Positions 1 through 11,829 of a stretch of DNA of 62,707 nt are shown here, piece by piece (within the stretch, counting starts at the first letter, position 1; each line of letters begins with the position of its first letter). This stretch comes from Kofleriaceae bacterium (lineage in GTDB: Bacteria; Myxococcota_A; Polyangia; Haliangiales; Haliangiaceae), in contig JBKJLC010000094.1 in assembly GCA_046597055.1 (NCBI GenBank), positions 1 through 62,707 of the forward strand. Direction: 5' to 3'. The notes beneath the pieces are model-generated. The model ran no database searches. It saw only the letters and a list, made by a program, of their open reading frames with translations, and was not told where the DNA came from. The position numbers and the translations under genes are program-made.

Positions 1-393
1 TACGATCCTGAAGTCCGCGTCGGAGGACTGCTCCATATCATGCTGCCGGATTCCCGGATCAATTCCGGCAAGGCCACCGCCCAGCCGGCGATGTTCGTCG
101 ATTCCGGCCTCCCCGCCCTTCTGGTCGCCGCCTGCAAGCTCGGAGCCGACAAGCGTCGCGTGCAGATCTGCGTCGCCGGCGGGGCGCAAATCATGGACAA
201 CAGCGGCCATTTCAACATCGGGAAGCGCAACTACGAGGCCTTCTCCAAAATGCTGAACGAACACGGCCTCCGGTGCCACGCCGAGCAGGTCGGCGGCATG
301 GTCAACCGCACCCTCTATCTCAACCTCGCCACCGGTGACGTCCGCCTGAAGATTTCAGGCCAGCCCCAGGAAATCTTCCTATGCAAGAGCTAG
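1..393 (+). CDS. cheD: Chemotaxis protein CheD (5'-truncated by window edge)
   Basis: Frame open from base 1: YDPEVRVGGLLHIMLP...FVDSG...AGGAQ...FNIGKRN...EQVGG..NRTLYL, the CheD motifs. Confidence 0.88.
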   Translation, partial: YDPEVRVGGLLHIMLPDSRINSGKATAQPAMFVDSGLPALLVAACKLGADKRRVQICVAGGAQIMDNSGHFNIGKRNYEAFSKMLNEHGLRCHAEQVGGMVNRTLYLNLATGDVRLKISGQPQEIFLCKS

Positions 394-1229
394 ACGAATT
401 CATCAACCAGATGAAGCAGCTGCCTCCTGCTCCCAAGGTCCTGCCCGAGCTGCTCGCGCTGCTCAACCGCCCCAACATCGACGCCAGCAAGGTCGTCAAG
501 CTCATCGCCTACGACCCTGGATTGTCCGTCGCAGTCCTGCAGGCCACCAACTCCGCCTTCTTCGCCACCGGTTCCCCCACGGCCGACATCCAGGAAGCGG
601 TCCAGCGCCTCGGCTTCTCCCTGGTTTTCCAGATCGTCTGCGCCGTCACCGGCGGCAAGTCGCTCGCCCCCGCCCAGCAGGGCTACGGCAACGACCGTGG
701 CGAACTTTGGAAACACTCCGTCACCGCCGCCGTCGCTGCGCAGCTCATCGCCTGCAAGAAGGGCGAAGACGAGAACACGGTCTTCACGGCCACACTGCTC
801 CACGACATCGGCAAAATCGTCCTCTCAGAAGCGCTCACCACGAAATACGACCGTGTCATCGAGGAAGTGGAGAAGAACCAGCGTTCTCTCCAGGAAGCGG
901 AGAAGAAGCTCCTCGGTGTGGAACACGCGGAGATCGGCGGGCGATTGCTCGCCCGGTGGAAGTTTCCCTCCAACGTCGTCGCGGCCGTCTGGTTCCACCA
1001 CAACCCGAAAGCCGCCGCCCCCTGCGAGAAGCTGGCCGCCTACGTCTATGTCGGCGACCTCGTCGCCCATTTCATGGGCCACGGCTTCGGCCACGCGGCC
1101 TTCGCCATGAAGGGCCGGTCCGAAGCTCTCGCCATCCTCGACCTGGAACCGGATGCAATCCCGCTCCTCATGATCGAGACCTATCAGAAGATGGAGACTG
1201 TCAACGCCCTGTTCGCCCTCGCGGCCTGA
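381..1229 (+). CDS. HDOD domain signal-transduction protein
   Basis: LPPAP, DPGL...NSAFF, EAVQRLG, WKHS, LLHDIGK, HAEIGG.LL.RWKFP, HHNP; overlaps the cheD end. Confidence 0.92.
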   Translation: MQELDEFINQMKQLPPAPKVLPELLALLNRPNIDASKVVKLIAYDPGLSVAVLQATNSAFFATGSPTADIQEAVQRLGFSLVFQIVCAVTGGKSLAPAQQGYGNDRGELWKHSVTAAVAAQLIACKKGEDENTVFTATLLHDIGKIVLSEALTTKYDRVIEEVEKNQRSLQEAEKKLLGVEHAEIGGRLLARWKFPSNVVAAVWFHHNPKAAAPCEKLAAYVYVGDLVAHFMGHGFGHAAFAMKGRSEALAILDLEPDAIPLLMIETYQKMETVNALFALAA

Positions 1230-1407
1230 AACCGTGAACCGTGGTCGGTTACAAGCTGTGCCACGCTTTCCGGCAAGGTTGCCTCCCCCCGATCCTAACT
1301 TTTGAACTCTGGATAACCGAACGAACGGGCGCTCTAAGAAGTGCCTCTCATTTTCTCGGCCTGCTTCCTGATGTCGGCCCTCTTCTCCGGCGTCAGCCGG
1401 ACAAGGT

Positions 1408-1671
1408 TCATTCGTGGACCTCCTTCGGCCGGACGCCGAGCAGCATGGCGAAGAGCTCCGTAACCATGAGGCTCTGGATTTGATGGGCGTAACCGTGCTC
1501 CAACATCTGCCAAATCACATGGCGCAGGCAGTTCAACTCCGTGACATGGACCACCCGAGAGAGGGCTGGATACTTTTCCTGCCCGCTCCACGTCTGCTCT
1601 ACGACGAAGGAAACATGTCCCGCCGACAACTCCTGGGCTGCAGAGGGTTTGTGGAGGCGGTCGAAAACCAC
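1408..1671 (-). CDS. Hypothetical protein or fragment, coupled by ATGA overlap to a 25-aa ORF (1334-1411)
   Basis: Protein-like composition; GGAGG RBS and ATGA stop/start overlap precede MNLVRLTPEKRADIRKQAEKMRGTS. Confidence 0.3.
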   Translation of the reverse strand: MVFDRLHKPSAAQELSAGHVSFVVEQTWSGQEKYPALSRVVHVTELNCLRHVIWQMLEHGYAHQIQSLMVTELFAMLLGVRPKEVHE

Positions 1672-1859
1672 GTCCGGTTCGAGGCCAGACTCGTCGCCTC
1701 CCCTTGCCCCTCATATGTCTGCGATATCGAGACAGCCTCAGATTACGGAGGAGGGGTTCGCGGCGCGGATCAACCTCGACCTCGTCAAACCATAACGATC
1801 CGGAAGAATTCATGGTCGGGCTTTACCCTATTACCAAGTCGTTCAACTCGACCCAATAT

Positions 1860-2054
1860 TTATTCAAGGACGAGCCGATTGTCTTCCTGACACCGGCGTT
1901 TACGAAGGGAGAAATAGATGCTGGTGGTGGGCAACTTGGGTGGCCTTTCTTGGCCAAACCAGTCGTGCTGTCGGAGATGCTGCCCCCTCTCAGGCATCAC
2001 CTGGGCGATGACGAGCCGCACGACAAACTCGGCCGGGAGGAATTTGCATTTTAG
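1860..2054 (+). pseudogene. C-terminal remnant of a response-regulator receiver domain
   Basis: LFKDEPIVFLT...GWPFLAKPVVLSEML matches the PIVFLT...KP second half of REC; the N-terminal half is absent. Confidence 0.5.
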
Positions 2055-2105
2055 CGAAGTTGACACGATGGAGAACTCACGATGTTTTTAAGGACGGAAA
2101 GAATT

Positions 2106-4925
2106 ATGGAGCAACCAACCAATCCCGAATCCGACCCCATCGCGGTGGAAATCGTCACCGAAGTCCAGCGCAAGGAGGTCCTGTTGAAAGCGGGGGCGTT
2201 GCAGAACGCGATCTTCAACAGCGCCAATTTCTCGAGCATCGCCACCGACGCGAAGGGCGTCATCCAGATCTTCAACGTCGGCGCCGAGCGGATGCTCGGC
2301 TACTCGGCGGCCGAGGTGACGAACAAGATCACGCCGGCCGACATCTCGGATCCGGATGAGTTGGTCGCGCGGGCGAAGGCGTTGAGTGCTGAGCTCGGGA
2401 CGTCGATCATGCCCGGCTTCGAGGCCCTGGTCTTCAAGGCTTCGCGCGGGATCGAGGACATCTACGAGCTGACGTACTTCCGCAAGGACGGGAGCCGCTT
2501 CCCGGCGGTGGTCTCGGTCACCGCGCTGCGTGACGCGCAGGATGTCATCATCGGCTACTTGCTGATCGGGACGGACAACACCGCGCGTAAGCTCGTGGAG
2601 GCGGAGCAGAAGAAGCTCGATCAACGCCTGCGCGACCAGCAGTTCTACACACGATCGCTGATCGAATCGAACATCGACGCGCTGATGACCACCGACCCGT
2701 CCGGGTTCATCACGGACGTCAACAAGGAGATGGAGGCGCTCACCGGCTGCACGCGCGACGAGCTGATCGGCTCTCCGTTCAAGAGCCACTTCACGGACTC
2801 CGACCGTGCCGAGGCTGGCATCAAGCTCGTGCTCAGCGAGAAGAAGGTCACCAACTACGAACTGACGGCGTGTGCTCGCGACGGCAAGCGGACGGTCGTG
2901 TCCTGCAACGCGACGACCTTCTACGATCGAGCGCGTACGCTGCAGGGCGTGTTCGCCGCGGCGCGTGACGTCACCGAGCGAAAGCGCGTGGAGGTCGAGC
3001 TCGAGCACGCGAAGGCGGCTGCCGAGAGCGCCAGTCGGACGAAGTCCGACTTCCTCGCGAGCATGAGTCACGAGATCAGGACGCCCATGAATGCCATCAT
3101 GGGCATCGCCGACCTGCTCGCGAAGACCCCGCTGTCACCGGAGCAAGACCGGTACGTGCAGGTCTTTCGCCGCGCGGGCGACAATCTGCTCGACCTCATC
3201 AACGATATCCTCGACCTGTCAAAGGTCGAGGCTTCGCAGCTCGAGCTGGAGCGAACCGGCTTCTCGATCACTGACTTGCTCGAGAAGGTGGTGGAGATGG
3301 TGGCGGCGCGCGCGCAAGAGAAGGGGCTCACCTTGTTGTGGGAGGTCACCGGCGACGTAGCTCCGACGCTGGTCGGTGACCCGACCCGCTTGCGTCAGGT
3401 GCTACTCAACCTGCTCGGCAACGCGATCAAGTTCACGACGGCCGGCGAAGTGTCGCTTCGGGTCACGCTCGACGGCAACTCGGTGGTGCCGACCGCGTTG
3501 CGGTTCACGATCACGGACAGCGGCATCGGCATTCCCTCCGAGAAGATTGGCAGCGTGTTCGACCGTTTCACGCAGGCCGACTCGTCCACGACGCGCCGGT
3601 TCGGCGGGTCAGGACTGGGGCTCACGATCTGCAAGCGCCTCGTGGAGCTCATGGGAGGACGCATCTGGGTGGAGAGCGTGCCGGGCGAGGGCAGTGTGTT
3701 CTCGTTCGTCGCGCCATTCGAGGTCTGGACCGCGACCAGCTCGGACCTGCTGGAGCCGGACCCCACGGTCGCCGACTCTGCGCTGACACCCCTGCGGATC
3801 CTCCTGGTCGAAGACAATCCCGACAATTGCATGATCGCGGTCGCATACATGGAGGGGACGCCCTACCGGATCGAGGTCGCCGACAATGGCGCGATCGCCT
3901 GTGACATGTTCGCCGCCGGCCAGTACGATCTCGTCTTGATGGATCGACAAATGCCGATCATGGATGGCTTGACGGCGACCCGGGCGATCCGCGCGTGGGA
4001 AGTCGCGCACGACCGATCACCGACGCCGATCATCGCGCTGACGGCGTCGGCCTTGAAGGGGGATCGCGAAACCTGTCTCGCGGCGGGCTGCACCTCGTTC
4101 CTGACCAAGCCGATCAGACAGGAGGTGCTGCTGCGGGCGATCAAGGAGCGCTTCCTGGTCGGGCTCTCCGCACCGATGGCAGATCCAACGCTGACGGAAC
4201 CAAGCCGGGCATCCGTGCATAGCAGCCTGAAGGCGCGCATTCCTGCATTCCTGCAGAACCGCCGGCACGACGTCGTCTCGATGCTAAAGGCGCTGACGCG
4301 CGGCGACTTCGAGACGGTCGGGCGGCTGGGGCACGGCATGAAGGGCGCAGGCGTCAGCTTCGGCTTTCCGCCGATCAGCGACATCGGCACGGGACTCGAG
4401 CGCGAGGCCGGCGTCCGGAACACCGATGCGGCGCGCCGCTGGGTGGACGAGCTGACCGCATTTCTGGATAGCATCGGCACGGGGCTCGAGTTCCTCGCGC
4501 GCACCGAGGGGGGCGGGGTCGCGACGGCGCTCGACGCCATCGCGCCGACGGCGGGCGGGCCACGTCGGATCGTGCTGGTCGAGGACCAGGACGATCTGCG
4601 CGCCCTGATGCGCGAGGTGATGGAGCTCAGCGGTCATCACGTCGTCGACGTGAACGACGGGCTCGAGGGGGTGGCGAGCATCCTCGCCGAGAAGCCCGAT
4701 ATCGCCATCATCGACCTCGGCCTGCCCTCCATCGATGGCTTCGAGGTTGCGCGGCGGGTTCGCGCGATGCTCGGCAACGCGGTCGTGCTCGTCGCGTTGA
4801 CCGGCCGCTCGAACGAAGGTGATCGCGCCGACGCGCTCTCCGCCGGTTTCGACGCGCATATTGTGAAGCCGGTCAACGCCGCGCTCATCGCGCGGATCCT
4901 CAAGACCGAGCGGCTCATCGCCTGA
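2106..4925 (+). CDS. Hybrid sensor histidine kinase (PAS-PAS-HisKA-HATPase-REC-Hpt-REC)
   Basis: FLASMSHEIRTP, NLLGNAIKFT, DSGIG, GSGLGL, LVLMDRQMP, GHGMKGAG, IIDLGLP. Confidence 0.95.
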   Translation: MEQPTNPESDPIAVEIVTEVQRKEVLLKAGALQNAIFNSANFSSIATDAKGVIQIFNVGAERMLGYSAAEVTNKITPADISDPDELVARAKALSAELGTSIMPGFEALVFKASRGIEDIYELTYFRKDGSRFPAVVSVTALRDAQDVIIGYLLIGTDNTARKLVEAEQKKLDQRLRDQQFYTRSLIESNIDALMTTDPSGFITDVNKEMEALTGCTRDELIGSPFKSHFTDSDRAEAGIKLVLSEKKVTNYELTACARDGKRTVVSCNATTFYDRARTLQGVFAAARDVTERKRVEVELEHAKAAAESASRTKSDFLASMSHEIRTPMNAIMGIADLLAKTPLSPEQDRYVQVFRRAGDNLLDLINDILDLSKVEASQLELERTGFSITDLLEKVVEMVAARAQEKGLTLLWEVTGDVAPTLVGDPTRLRQVLLNLLGNAIKFTTAGEVSLRVTLDGNSVVPTALRFTITDSGIGIPSEKIGSVFDRFTQADSSTTRRFGGSGLGLTICKRLVELMGGRIWVESVPGEGSVFSFVAPFEVWTATSSDLLEPDPTVADSALTPLRILLVEDNPDNCMIAVAYMEGTPYRIEVADNGAIACDMFAAGQYDLVLMDRQMPIMDGLTATRAIRAWEVAHDRSPTPIIALTASALKGDRETCLAAGCTSFLTKPIRQEVLLRAIKERFLVGLSAPMADPTLTEPSRASVHSSLKARIPAFLQNRRHDVVSMLKALTRGDFETVGRLGHGMKGAGVSFGFPPISDIGTGLEREAGVRNTDAARRWVDELTAFLDSIGTGLEFLARTEGGGVATALDAIAPTAGGPRRIVLVEDQDDLRALMREVMELSGHHVVDVNDGLEGVASILAEKPDIAIIDLGLPSIDGFEVARRVRAMLGNAVVLVALTGRSNEGDRADALSAGFDAHIVKPVNAALIARILKTERLIA

Positions 4926-4997
4926 CCAACGTTGGCGGAACAATCCATCCCTCCGACGGCCATTGTGCCGGGGCCGGCGGCCCTCTACAGCTGGAGC

Positions 4998-5345
4998 ATG
5001 AACATCGGTGAGCTGGACAAGAAGCTGAACGACGCGGTCCTGCAGGGCAAGGCGATGGAGGCGTTCGAGGAGCTGTACGCCGAGGAGGTCGTGATGCAGG
5101 AGAACACGGACGCCGAGTACCGCGGCAAGGCGTTCAACCGGCAGCGCGAGCTCGACTTCTTCGCCAGCGTCGAGGCGTGGCACGGCGGCGCCGTGCTCGC
5201 GTCGGCCGCCAGCGGCGACGTGTCGTTCTCCGAGTGGGAGATGGACGTGACGCTCAAGGGCGTCGGTCGCATCAAGATGACCCAGGTCGCCGTGCGCCGC
5301 TGGCAGGACGGCAAGATCGTCCACGAGCGCTTCTATCACAAGTGA
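4998..5345 (+). CDS. SnoaL-like / NTF2-family protein
   Basis: 115 aa; YAEEVVMQEN...RRWQDGKIVHERFY. Confidence 0.85.
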   Translation: MNIGELDKKLNDAVLQGKAMEAFEELYAEEVVMQENTDAEYRGKAFNRQRELDFFASVEAWHGGAVLASAASGDVSFSEWEMDVTLKGVGRIKMTQVAVRRWQDGKIVHERFYHK

Positions 5346-5433
5346 GCCGGCGCTCCTCCCACGCACTGCGTCACGCGCGCACGGAGCGGCCATCCCCCTG
5401 TCCGCCCGGCGCTGCCTGTAGTATCTCGCGGCC

Positions 5434-6816
<1,383 letters not shown>

Positions 6817-6850
6817 GCGTGGCCGGCGCCGCCAGGGCACGGCGGCGTCG

Positions 6851-7567
6851 CTACTGGATCTCGACGAGCCCGCTGAAGGTCGCGCCGGCATCGGCGACGA
6901 CCGCGCGCAGGTTGTCCTCGATGCAGGCGCGCAGCGGCAAGGCCGAGTCGGTCGAGACCCGAGGTGCCACGGTGGGGTCGTCGTCGGTCCACGCCATGCG
7001 AACGGTGACGCTGACGGTTCGCGCATCGCGATAGAAATCGCGGTGGAACTGGAAGAGCGTGCCGCCGATCAGGCACGACCGGACAGCGTCGACCAGCCGC
7101 CGGCCCTGGGTGTCGACCTGATCGGGCGGAAAGCCGCCATCGCCGCGAGCGCTGCGAAGGAGGAACCGGGGCGGTCGTGGCGTCGGTGCCAGGTCACGGG
7201 GGTCGTCGGGGTCGGCCCCGATCACGCCGCCGACCACGGCCCCGGCCACGCCGTCCGGATCCCCGTCGGGCACCGCGAGCAGCCCGAGCCCACCGGAGGC
7301 GTCATCATCATCATCGTCGTCCAGCATGACCGGCACGTCGGGCTCCATCGCGGCGGCCGCCACCCGTCGCTCCTCGGCCTCGCGGTGGAGCCGGCGGGCG
7401 CCGTCTGCGGCCGCGACCGCCCGGGTCATCACCTCGGTCAGCGCCGCGGTCAGCCCCGGCTCCGTCGCGGGGCCCGGCGGCGGCGCGGGTCGGTCGTCGC
7501 CGCGGCACGCGGCCGTGACCACGGCGAGCACGACCAGGGACACGCGGCTCACGACCCAACCTAGCAT
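6851..7567 (-). CDS. Hypothetical lipoprotein with poly-Asp tract
   Basis: MLGWVVSRVSLVVLAVVTAAC lipobox-like; TGATG overlap with the upstream gene; D7 run. Confidence 0.6.
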   Translation of the reverse strand: MLGWVVSRVSLVVLAVVTAACRGDDRPAPPPGPATEPGLTAALTEVMTRAVAAADGARRLHREAEERRVAAAAMEPDVPVMLDDDDDDDASGGLGLLAVPDGDPDGVAGAVVGGVIGADPDDPRDLAPTPRPPRFLLRSARGDGGFPPDQVDTQGRRLVDAVRSCLIGGTLFQFHRDFYRDARTVSVTVRMAWTDDDPTVAPRVSTDSALPLRACIEDNLRAVVADAGATFSGLVEIQ

Positions 7568-9045
7568 CAGCGCGCCAGCCGGGCTCCCCCGGCCACCGGC
7601 ACCGCGGCCAGCGCGTCGAGCCAGGCGTCGAGCAAGGCCTCGGCCACCGCCGGATCGGTGGCGCGACCGCTGCCGGTGACCGTCACGGTGGCGCCGTCGC
7701 GATCGGCGACCACGGTGAGCACGGTGGTCGCGCGTCCCGACTCGGCGGGGATCAGCAGCGCCGGCGACGACACCGCGATCAGCGGCGGCGGCTCCGGCGG
7801 GCGCAACAGCGACAGGCAGCCCGCGCCCGCCAGCACCTCGATCGGCTCGCGCAGCCAGCCGCCGCGGGTGCCGACCACCGAGCGTCGCTTGAAGCCGAGC
7901 GGCAGCGGCACCGCGCCCAGCGCGGCGACCAGCCGCGACATCAGCCCGTGGCCGGCGGCCTCGCGCGCGACCGCGGCGCGGGCCCGGGTCGCGAAGGTCG
8001 CGAGCGACTCGGGCACACCGTCCGAGAACCGGACATTCAGGACCGCGATCCGCACCCGCCGCGCGAACCGGGCGGCGTCGTCGGGAGCGCCGGGCGCGAC
8101 CGGCACCTGCAGGGTCGGCGACCGGGTCGCGGCCGGGTCGCCGCGGTCGTGGTGGAGCACGCGGCCGAGCGCCCAGGCCTGGGTGGTGAACGCCGGGAGC
8201 CGGCCGGGCACCCGGCGCCACGCCACCCCGAGCGGTCCGCCCGCCGCCGGTGGCAGCGGCGCGAGCGGCGGGCGCGGCGCATCCCCGAGCCGCACCGCGG
8301 CGGCCGCGGCCAGGCTCCGCGCGGCCGCGCGATCGATGCCGTGCGTGAGATCGGTCGCCAGCAGCGCGTGGCCCCAGCCGTCGACGACCATGTGGCAGGT
8401 CGACAGCACGCTGATGCCGCCGGCGCGGGCCAGGCCGAGCCAGGGACCGCCGCCGGCGTGCCAGGCCCGGCGGTGACCGTGGTGGGCGCGGGCCAGATCG
8501 TCATCGCCGAGCGCGATCACCGCCAGCGGCGGCCGGGGATCGCCGATCGGCCCGGCCCGGCCACTGTCGAGCAGCTCCGGGGTGCCAGCCACCGCCGCGG
8601 CCAGCCGTCGGGCCAGCGCGGCCTCGTGGCCGGGCCCGCGCGGATCGAGCTGCGCGACCAGGACCCGATCGGCGAGCGCGAAGCCGACTCGCCAGGGCGA
8701 GGCCACCGGCACCGCATGCGCGGCTCCGCGGCGGAGCGCGATCGCGACCGCCAGCGGCTGGTCGGGCAGGGTGCCGTCGCGCGCGATCACGGCGCGGACC
8801 ACCGCGTGGGCGGCCGCGATCGCCCAGCCGATGCGGCCGGCGGCGTCGTCGGGCGCGGCCGGACCCGGCACGCCCATCATCGTATCGGCCCGCGGCTCGG
8901 CGTCCGACGACAGGTACGCCGGCGCGCCGCGCCCGAGCCGCTCGGCCAGCGAGACCGCTCCGTACAGCGCCCACCACGGCGGCCGTCGGCGCCATCCGGC
9001 CGGCGCGACCTCGTCGATCAGGTGGCCCAGCTCGGCGCGGCTCAC
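7567..9045 (-). CDS. Hypothetical protein with HxxxDG (condensation/CoA-acyltransferase-like) motif
   Basis: STCHMVVDGWG motif; GTGA overlap with the methyltransferase stop. Confidence 0.6.
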   Translation of the reverse strand: MSRAELGHLIDEVAPAGWRRRPPWWALYGAVSLAERLGRGAPAYLSSDAEPRADTMMGVPGPAAPDDAAGRIGWAIAAAHAVVRAVIARDGTLPDQPLAVAIALRRGAAHAVPVASPWRVGFALADRVLVAQLDPRGPGHEAALARRLAAAVAGTPELLDSGRAGPIGDPRPPLAVIALGDDDLARAHHGHRRAWHAGGGPWLGLARAGGISVLSTCHMVVDGWGHALLATDLTHGIDRAAARSLAAAAAVRLGDAPRPPLAPLPPAAGGPLGVAWRRVPGRLPAFTTQAWALGRVLHHDRGDPAATRSPTLQVPVAPGAPDDAARFARRVRIAVLNVRFSDGVPESLATFATRARAAVAREAAGHGLMSRLVAALGAVPLPLGFKRRSVVGTRGGWLREPIEVLAGAGCLSLLRPPEPPPLIAVSSPALLIPAESGRATTVLTVVADRDGATVTVTGSGRATDPAVAEALLDAWLDALAAVPVAGGARLAR

Positions 9046-9701
9046 GACAGCCTCAGCAGGTAGACCGGCTGGATCGGGTCGTCGCTGCGGCGGACCTCGG
9101 TCCAGCCAGCGGCGCGCGCCGCGGCCGCGATGGCGCGGGCCGGCGGCGCGGTGGCGACCACCAGCGGACCGAACGCCACGCCGAGCATGCGCGAGCGCAC
9201 CGCGCGGGCGTGGGTGCGGACCCGCACCGCCGGCGCGTCGGGGTCGAGCTCGACCACCCACGCCACCCCGCCAGGCCGGATCACCCGGCGCATCTCGGCG
9301 AACGCACGCTGGCGGTCGGCGACGTGGCGGATCGCCGACACCGACACGATCGCGTCGGCGGCGCCGGTGCTGAACGGCAGCGCCTCGGCGGCGGCGCGGA
9401 CCCGGGCGCGGCGCGCGACCGGCACCCCGGCGTCGCCGAGCTCGAAGTCCGGGCTCGGCTCGACCTCGAGCACCGTCACCCCCGGAAACGCCAGGCGCAG
9501 CGCCCGACCGACCGTGCCGGGCCCGGCGCCGACGTCGATCACGGTGCGGGCACCGGCCAGATCGGCGTGCCAGAGCGCGCACAGCCGCTGGTCGAGATCG
9601 CCGAAGCCGGGCCGCTCGACCATGGCGTAGCGGCGCGCGCTGCCGCCGCGGAACGGCCGCCGGTACAGCCACGGATCCAGCCAGCGAGCAGCCCAGGACA
9701 C
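9042..9701 (-). CDS. Class I SAM-dependent methyltransferase
   Basis: VIDVGAGPG motif I, AEALPF, EMRRVIRPGG; GTG start 6 nt after TACTGT. Confidence 0.88.
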   Translation of the reverse strand: MSWAARWLDPWLYRRPFRGGSARRYAMVERPGFGDLDQRLCALWHADLAGARTVIDVGAGPGTVGRALRLAFPGVTVLEVEPSPDFELGDAGVPVARRARVRAAAEALPFSTGAADAIVSVSAIRHVADRQRAFAEMRRVIRPGGVAWVVELDPDAPAVRVRTHARAVRSRMLGVAFGPLVVATAPPARAIAAAARAAGWTEVRRSDDPIQPVYLLRLS

Positions 9702-9842
9702 GGCCAGACAGTAGCGCGTCTGAGGTCGCGGGCGCCGACCCACCCCGACCCGGCGTCGCCGATGTCGGCCCGCGCACGCCGCCCCGGAATCGGTGGCCGT
9801 CCCGCTCCCGGTCCAATGTTACGGTGCCCGCAGGGAGATCAC

Positions 9843-11804
9843 ATGCGCAGTCCTGGCTCGTTCGTGTTGGCACTGGTCCTGGTCGTGGGATGTGGAGAAG
9901 ACGGCACGGACGTGCCGCTTGCGTGCAACCCGATGGGCGGCCCGGCGTGCCTCCTGCCGTGGCCGTCGTCGGCGTTCCTCGAGCCCGACGCGACCTCGCG
10001 GACCGGGTACCGGCTCGCCCTCGACAACGCGGCGATGCCGGTCAACGCCGACGGCATCGTGCTCGACAGCGCGGTGTTCAACCGCTGGGACGGCTTCAGC
10101 CCGTCGGCGCACATCGTGGTCGCCTTCGAGACCGGCGTGAGCGGGGCCAACCTGCCGCCGCCCGACGCGCCCGAGCAGTCGCTGGCCGCCGACTCGCCGA
10201 TCGTGTTGCTCGACATGGACCGCATGGAGCGGGCGCCGTTCTTCGCCGAGATCGACCAGAACGTGGTCGAGCCCACGCAGCGGACCCTGATCATCCGCCC
10301 GCTGGTGCGGCTCAAGCCGGCCACGCGGTACGCGGTCGCGCTGCGCAAGTCGCTGCGCGCGCTCGATGGCGGCGAGCTGCCGTCGCCGCCCGCGTTCCTC
10401 GCCATGCGCGACGGCGGCAGCTCCGACCATCCGCGGCTGCAGAAGGCGGGCTACCCCGCGATCTTCGGCGCGCTTGCCACCGCGGGCGTCGCGCAGGCCG
10501 ATCTGGTCCTGGCCTGGGACTTCGTGACCGCGTCCGACGAGTTCTTGACCGCTGACCTCACCCACATGCGCGACGAGGCCGTGGTCGCGATCGGGACCGC
10601 CGGCGCCAACCTGACCTTCACCGCCAGCGAGCGCCCGGCGGACGCGCAGCTGGTGAGCAAGGGCTACCTCGGCACGTTCAAGTCGCCCGACTTTCTCACC
10701 AACGGCGAGCGCAACGACTCGGTGATGCGCCGCGACGTCGACGGCCGCCCGCTGATGACCGGGATGCGGGACGCCACGTTCGCGGCGATCATCCCGAGGT
10801 GCGCGGAGACCGCGACCGCGCCGCTGCCGGTGATCGTCTTCGGCCACGGCCTGTTCGGCTCGGCCAGCGACTACCTCGAGGACGGCTTCCTGCACCGGGT
10901 CGCCGACCAGTTCTGCTACGTGATCGTCGCCGGCGACTTCATCGGCCTGACCGAGCGCCAGCTCACCGTGGTGGCGCTGGCCGCCAACGATCTCAACAAG
11001 GCCGGGGGCATCGCCGAAAAGCTGGCCCAGAGCGTGATCGACTTCATCGCGCTCGAGCACCTGGTGCGCGGGCCGCTGCGCACGTCGCCGCAGTTCCGCC
11101 AGGGCGGGACCGCCGCCGGCATGGAGCTGATCGACGCGACCCAGGTCTTCTACCTGGGCGGCTCGCTCGGCGGGATCATGGGCAACACGTTCATGGCCTA
11201 CGATCCCAACATCCTGCGCGGCGCGCTCGGCGTGCCGGGTGGCGCGTGGACGATGTTGTTCGAGCGCTCGATCGCGTGGAGTCCGCTCCGGACCGCGGCC
11301 CAGGGCTCGTACACCAATCCGCTCGAGTATCAGTCGTTGATCCATTTCCTCGGCATGCGCATGGAGCCGTACGACCCGATCACCACCGCGGGCCGCGTGG
11401 TGCGCGATCCGCTGCCGGGGACTCCCGGCAAGCAGATCCTGGTCTACGAGGCGATCGGCGACTGCCTGGTATCGAACTACTCGACCGAGACGGTCGTGCG
11501 CACGATGGGCCTCGAGCTGGTGCTGCCGGCGGTCAAGTCGCCGTGGGGTATCACCGGCACCGCGGCCGAGCTGACCAGCGGGTTCTCGATCTACGACGAG
11601 CACCCGACGCCGCTGCCACCGACGGTGACCAACGCCCAGCCCGCCGAGGACAACGGCACTCACTCTGGCGTCAACCGGCGCCAGGCCGTGCTCGATCAGG
11701 TCAAGGACTTCGTCATCAACGGCCGGATCACCCAGACCTGCAAGATCGACGGCGTCGCGGTCCCCTGCGACTGCGCGACCACCGCCTGCGGCAACCGGAT
11801 CTAG
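9843..11804 (+). CDS. Secreted lipoprotein, alpha/beta-hydrolase-like
   Basis: LVVGC lipobox, GGAG RBS, VFGHGLFG, YLGGSLGG nucleophile elbow, C-terminal disulfide motif. Confidence 0.8.
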   Translation: MRSPGSFVLALVLVVGCGEDGTDVPLACNPMGGPACLLPWPSSAFLEPDATSRTGYRLALDNAAMPVNADGIVLDSAVFNRWDGFSPSAHIVVAFETGVSGANLPPPDAPEQSLAADSPIVLLDMDRMERAPFFAEIDQNVVEPTQRTLIIRPLVRLKPATRYAVALRKSLRALDGGELPSPPAFLAMRDGGSSDHPRLQKAGYPAIFGALATAGVAQADLVLAWDFVTASDEFLTADLTHMRDEAVVAIGTAGANLTFTASERPADAQLVSKGYLGTFKSPDFLTNGERNDSVMRRDVDGRPLMTGMRDATFAAIIPRCAETATAPLPVIVFGHGLFGSASDYLEDGFLHRVADQFCYVIVAGDFIGLTERQLTVVALAANDLNKAGGIAEKLAQSVIDFIALEHLVRGPLRTSPQFRQGGTAAGMELIDATQVFYLGGSLGGIMGNTFMAYDPNILRGALGVPGGAWTMLFERSIAWSPLRTAAQGSYTNPLEYQSLIHFLGMRMEPYDPITTAGRVVRDPLPGTPGKQILVYEAIGDCLVSNYSTETVVRTMGLELVLPAVKSPWGITGTAAELTSGFSIYDEHPTPLPPTVTNAQPAEDNGTHSGVNRRQAVLDQVKDFVINGRITQTCKIDGVAVPCDCATTACGNRI

Positions 11805-11829
11805 CGCTCGAGATCGATCACGGTCACGG

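Noticed and set aside
2058..2068. AGTTGACACGA: a TTGACA -35 box or a reversed XerD-like arm
   Set aside because: No properly spaced -10 box and no XerC arm or flanking homology to the two repeats
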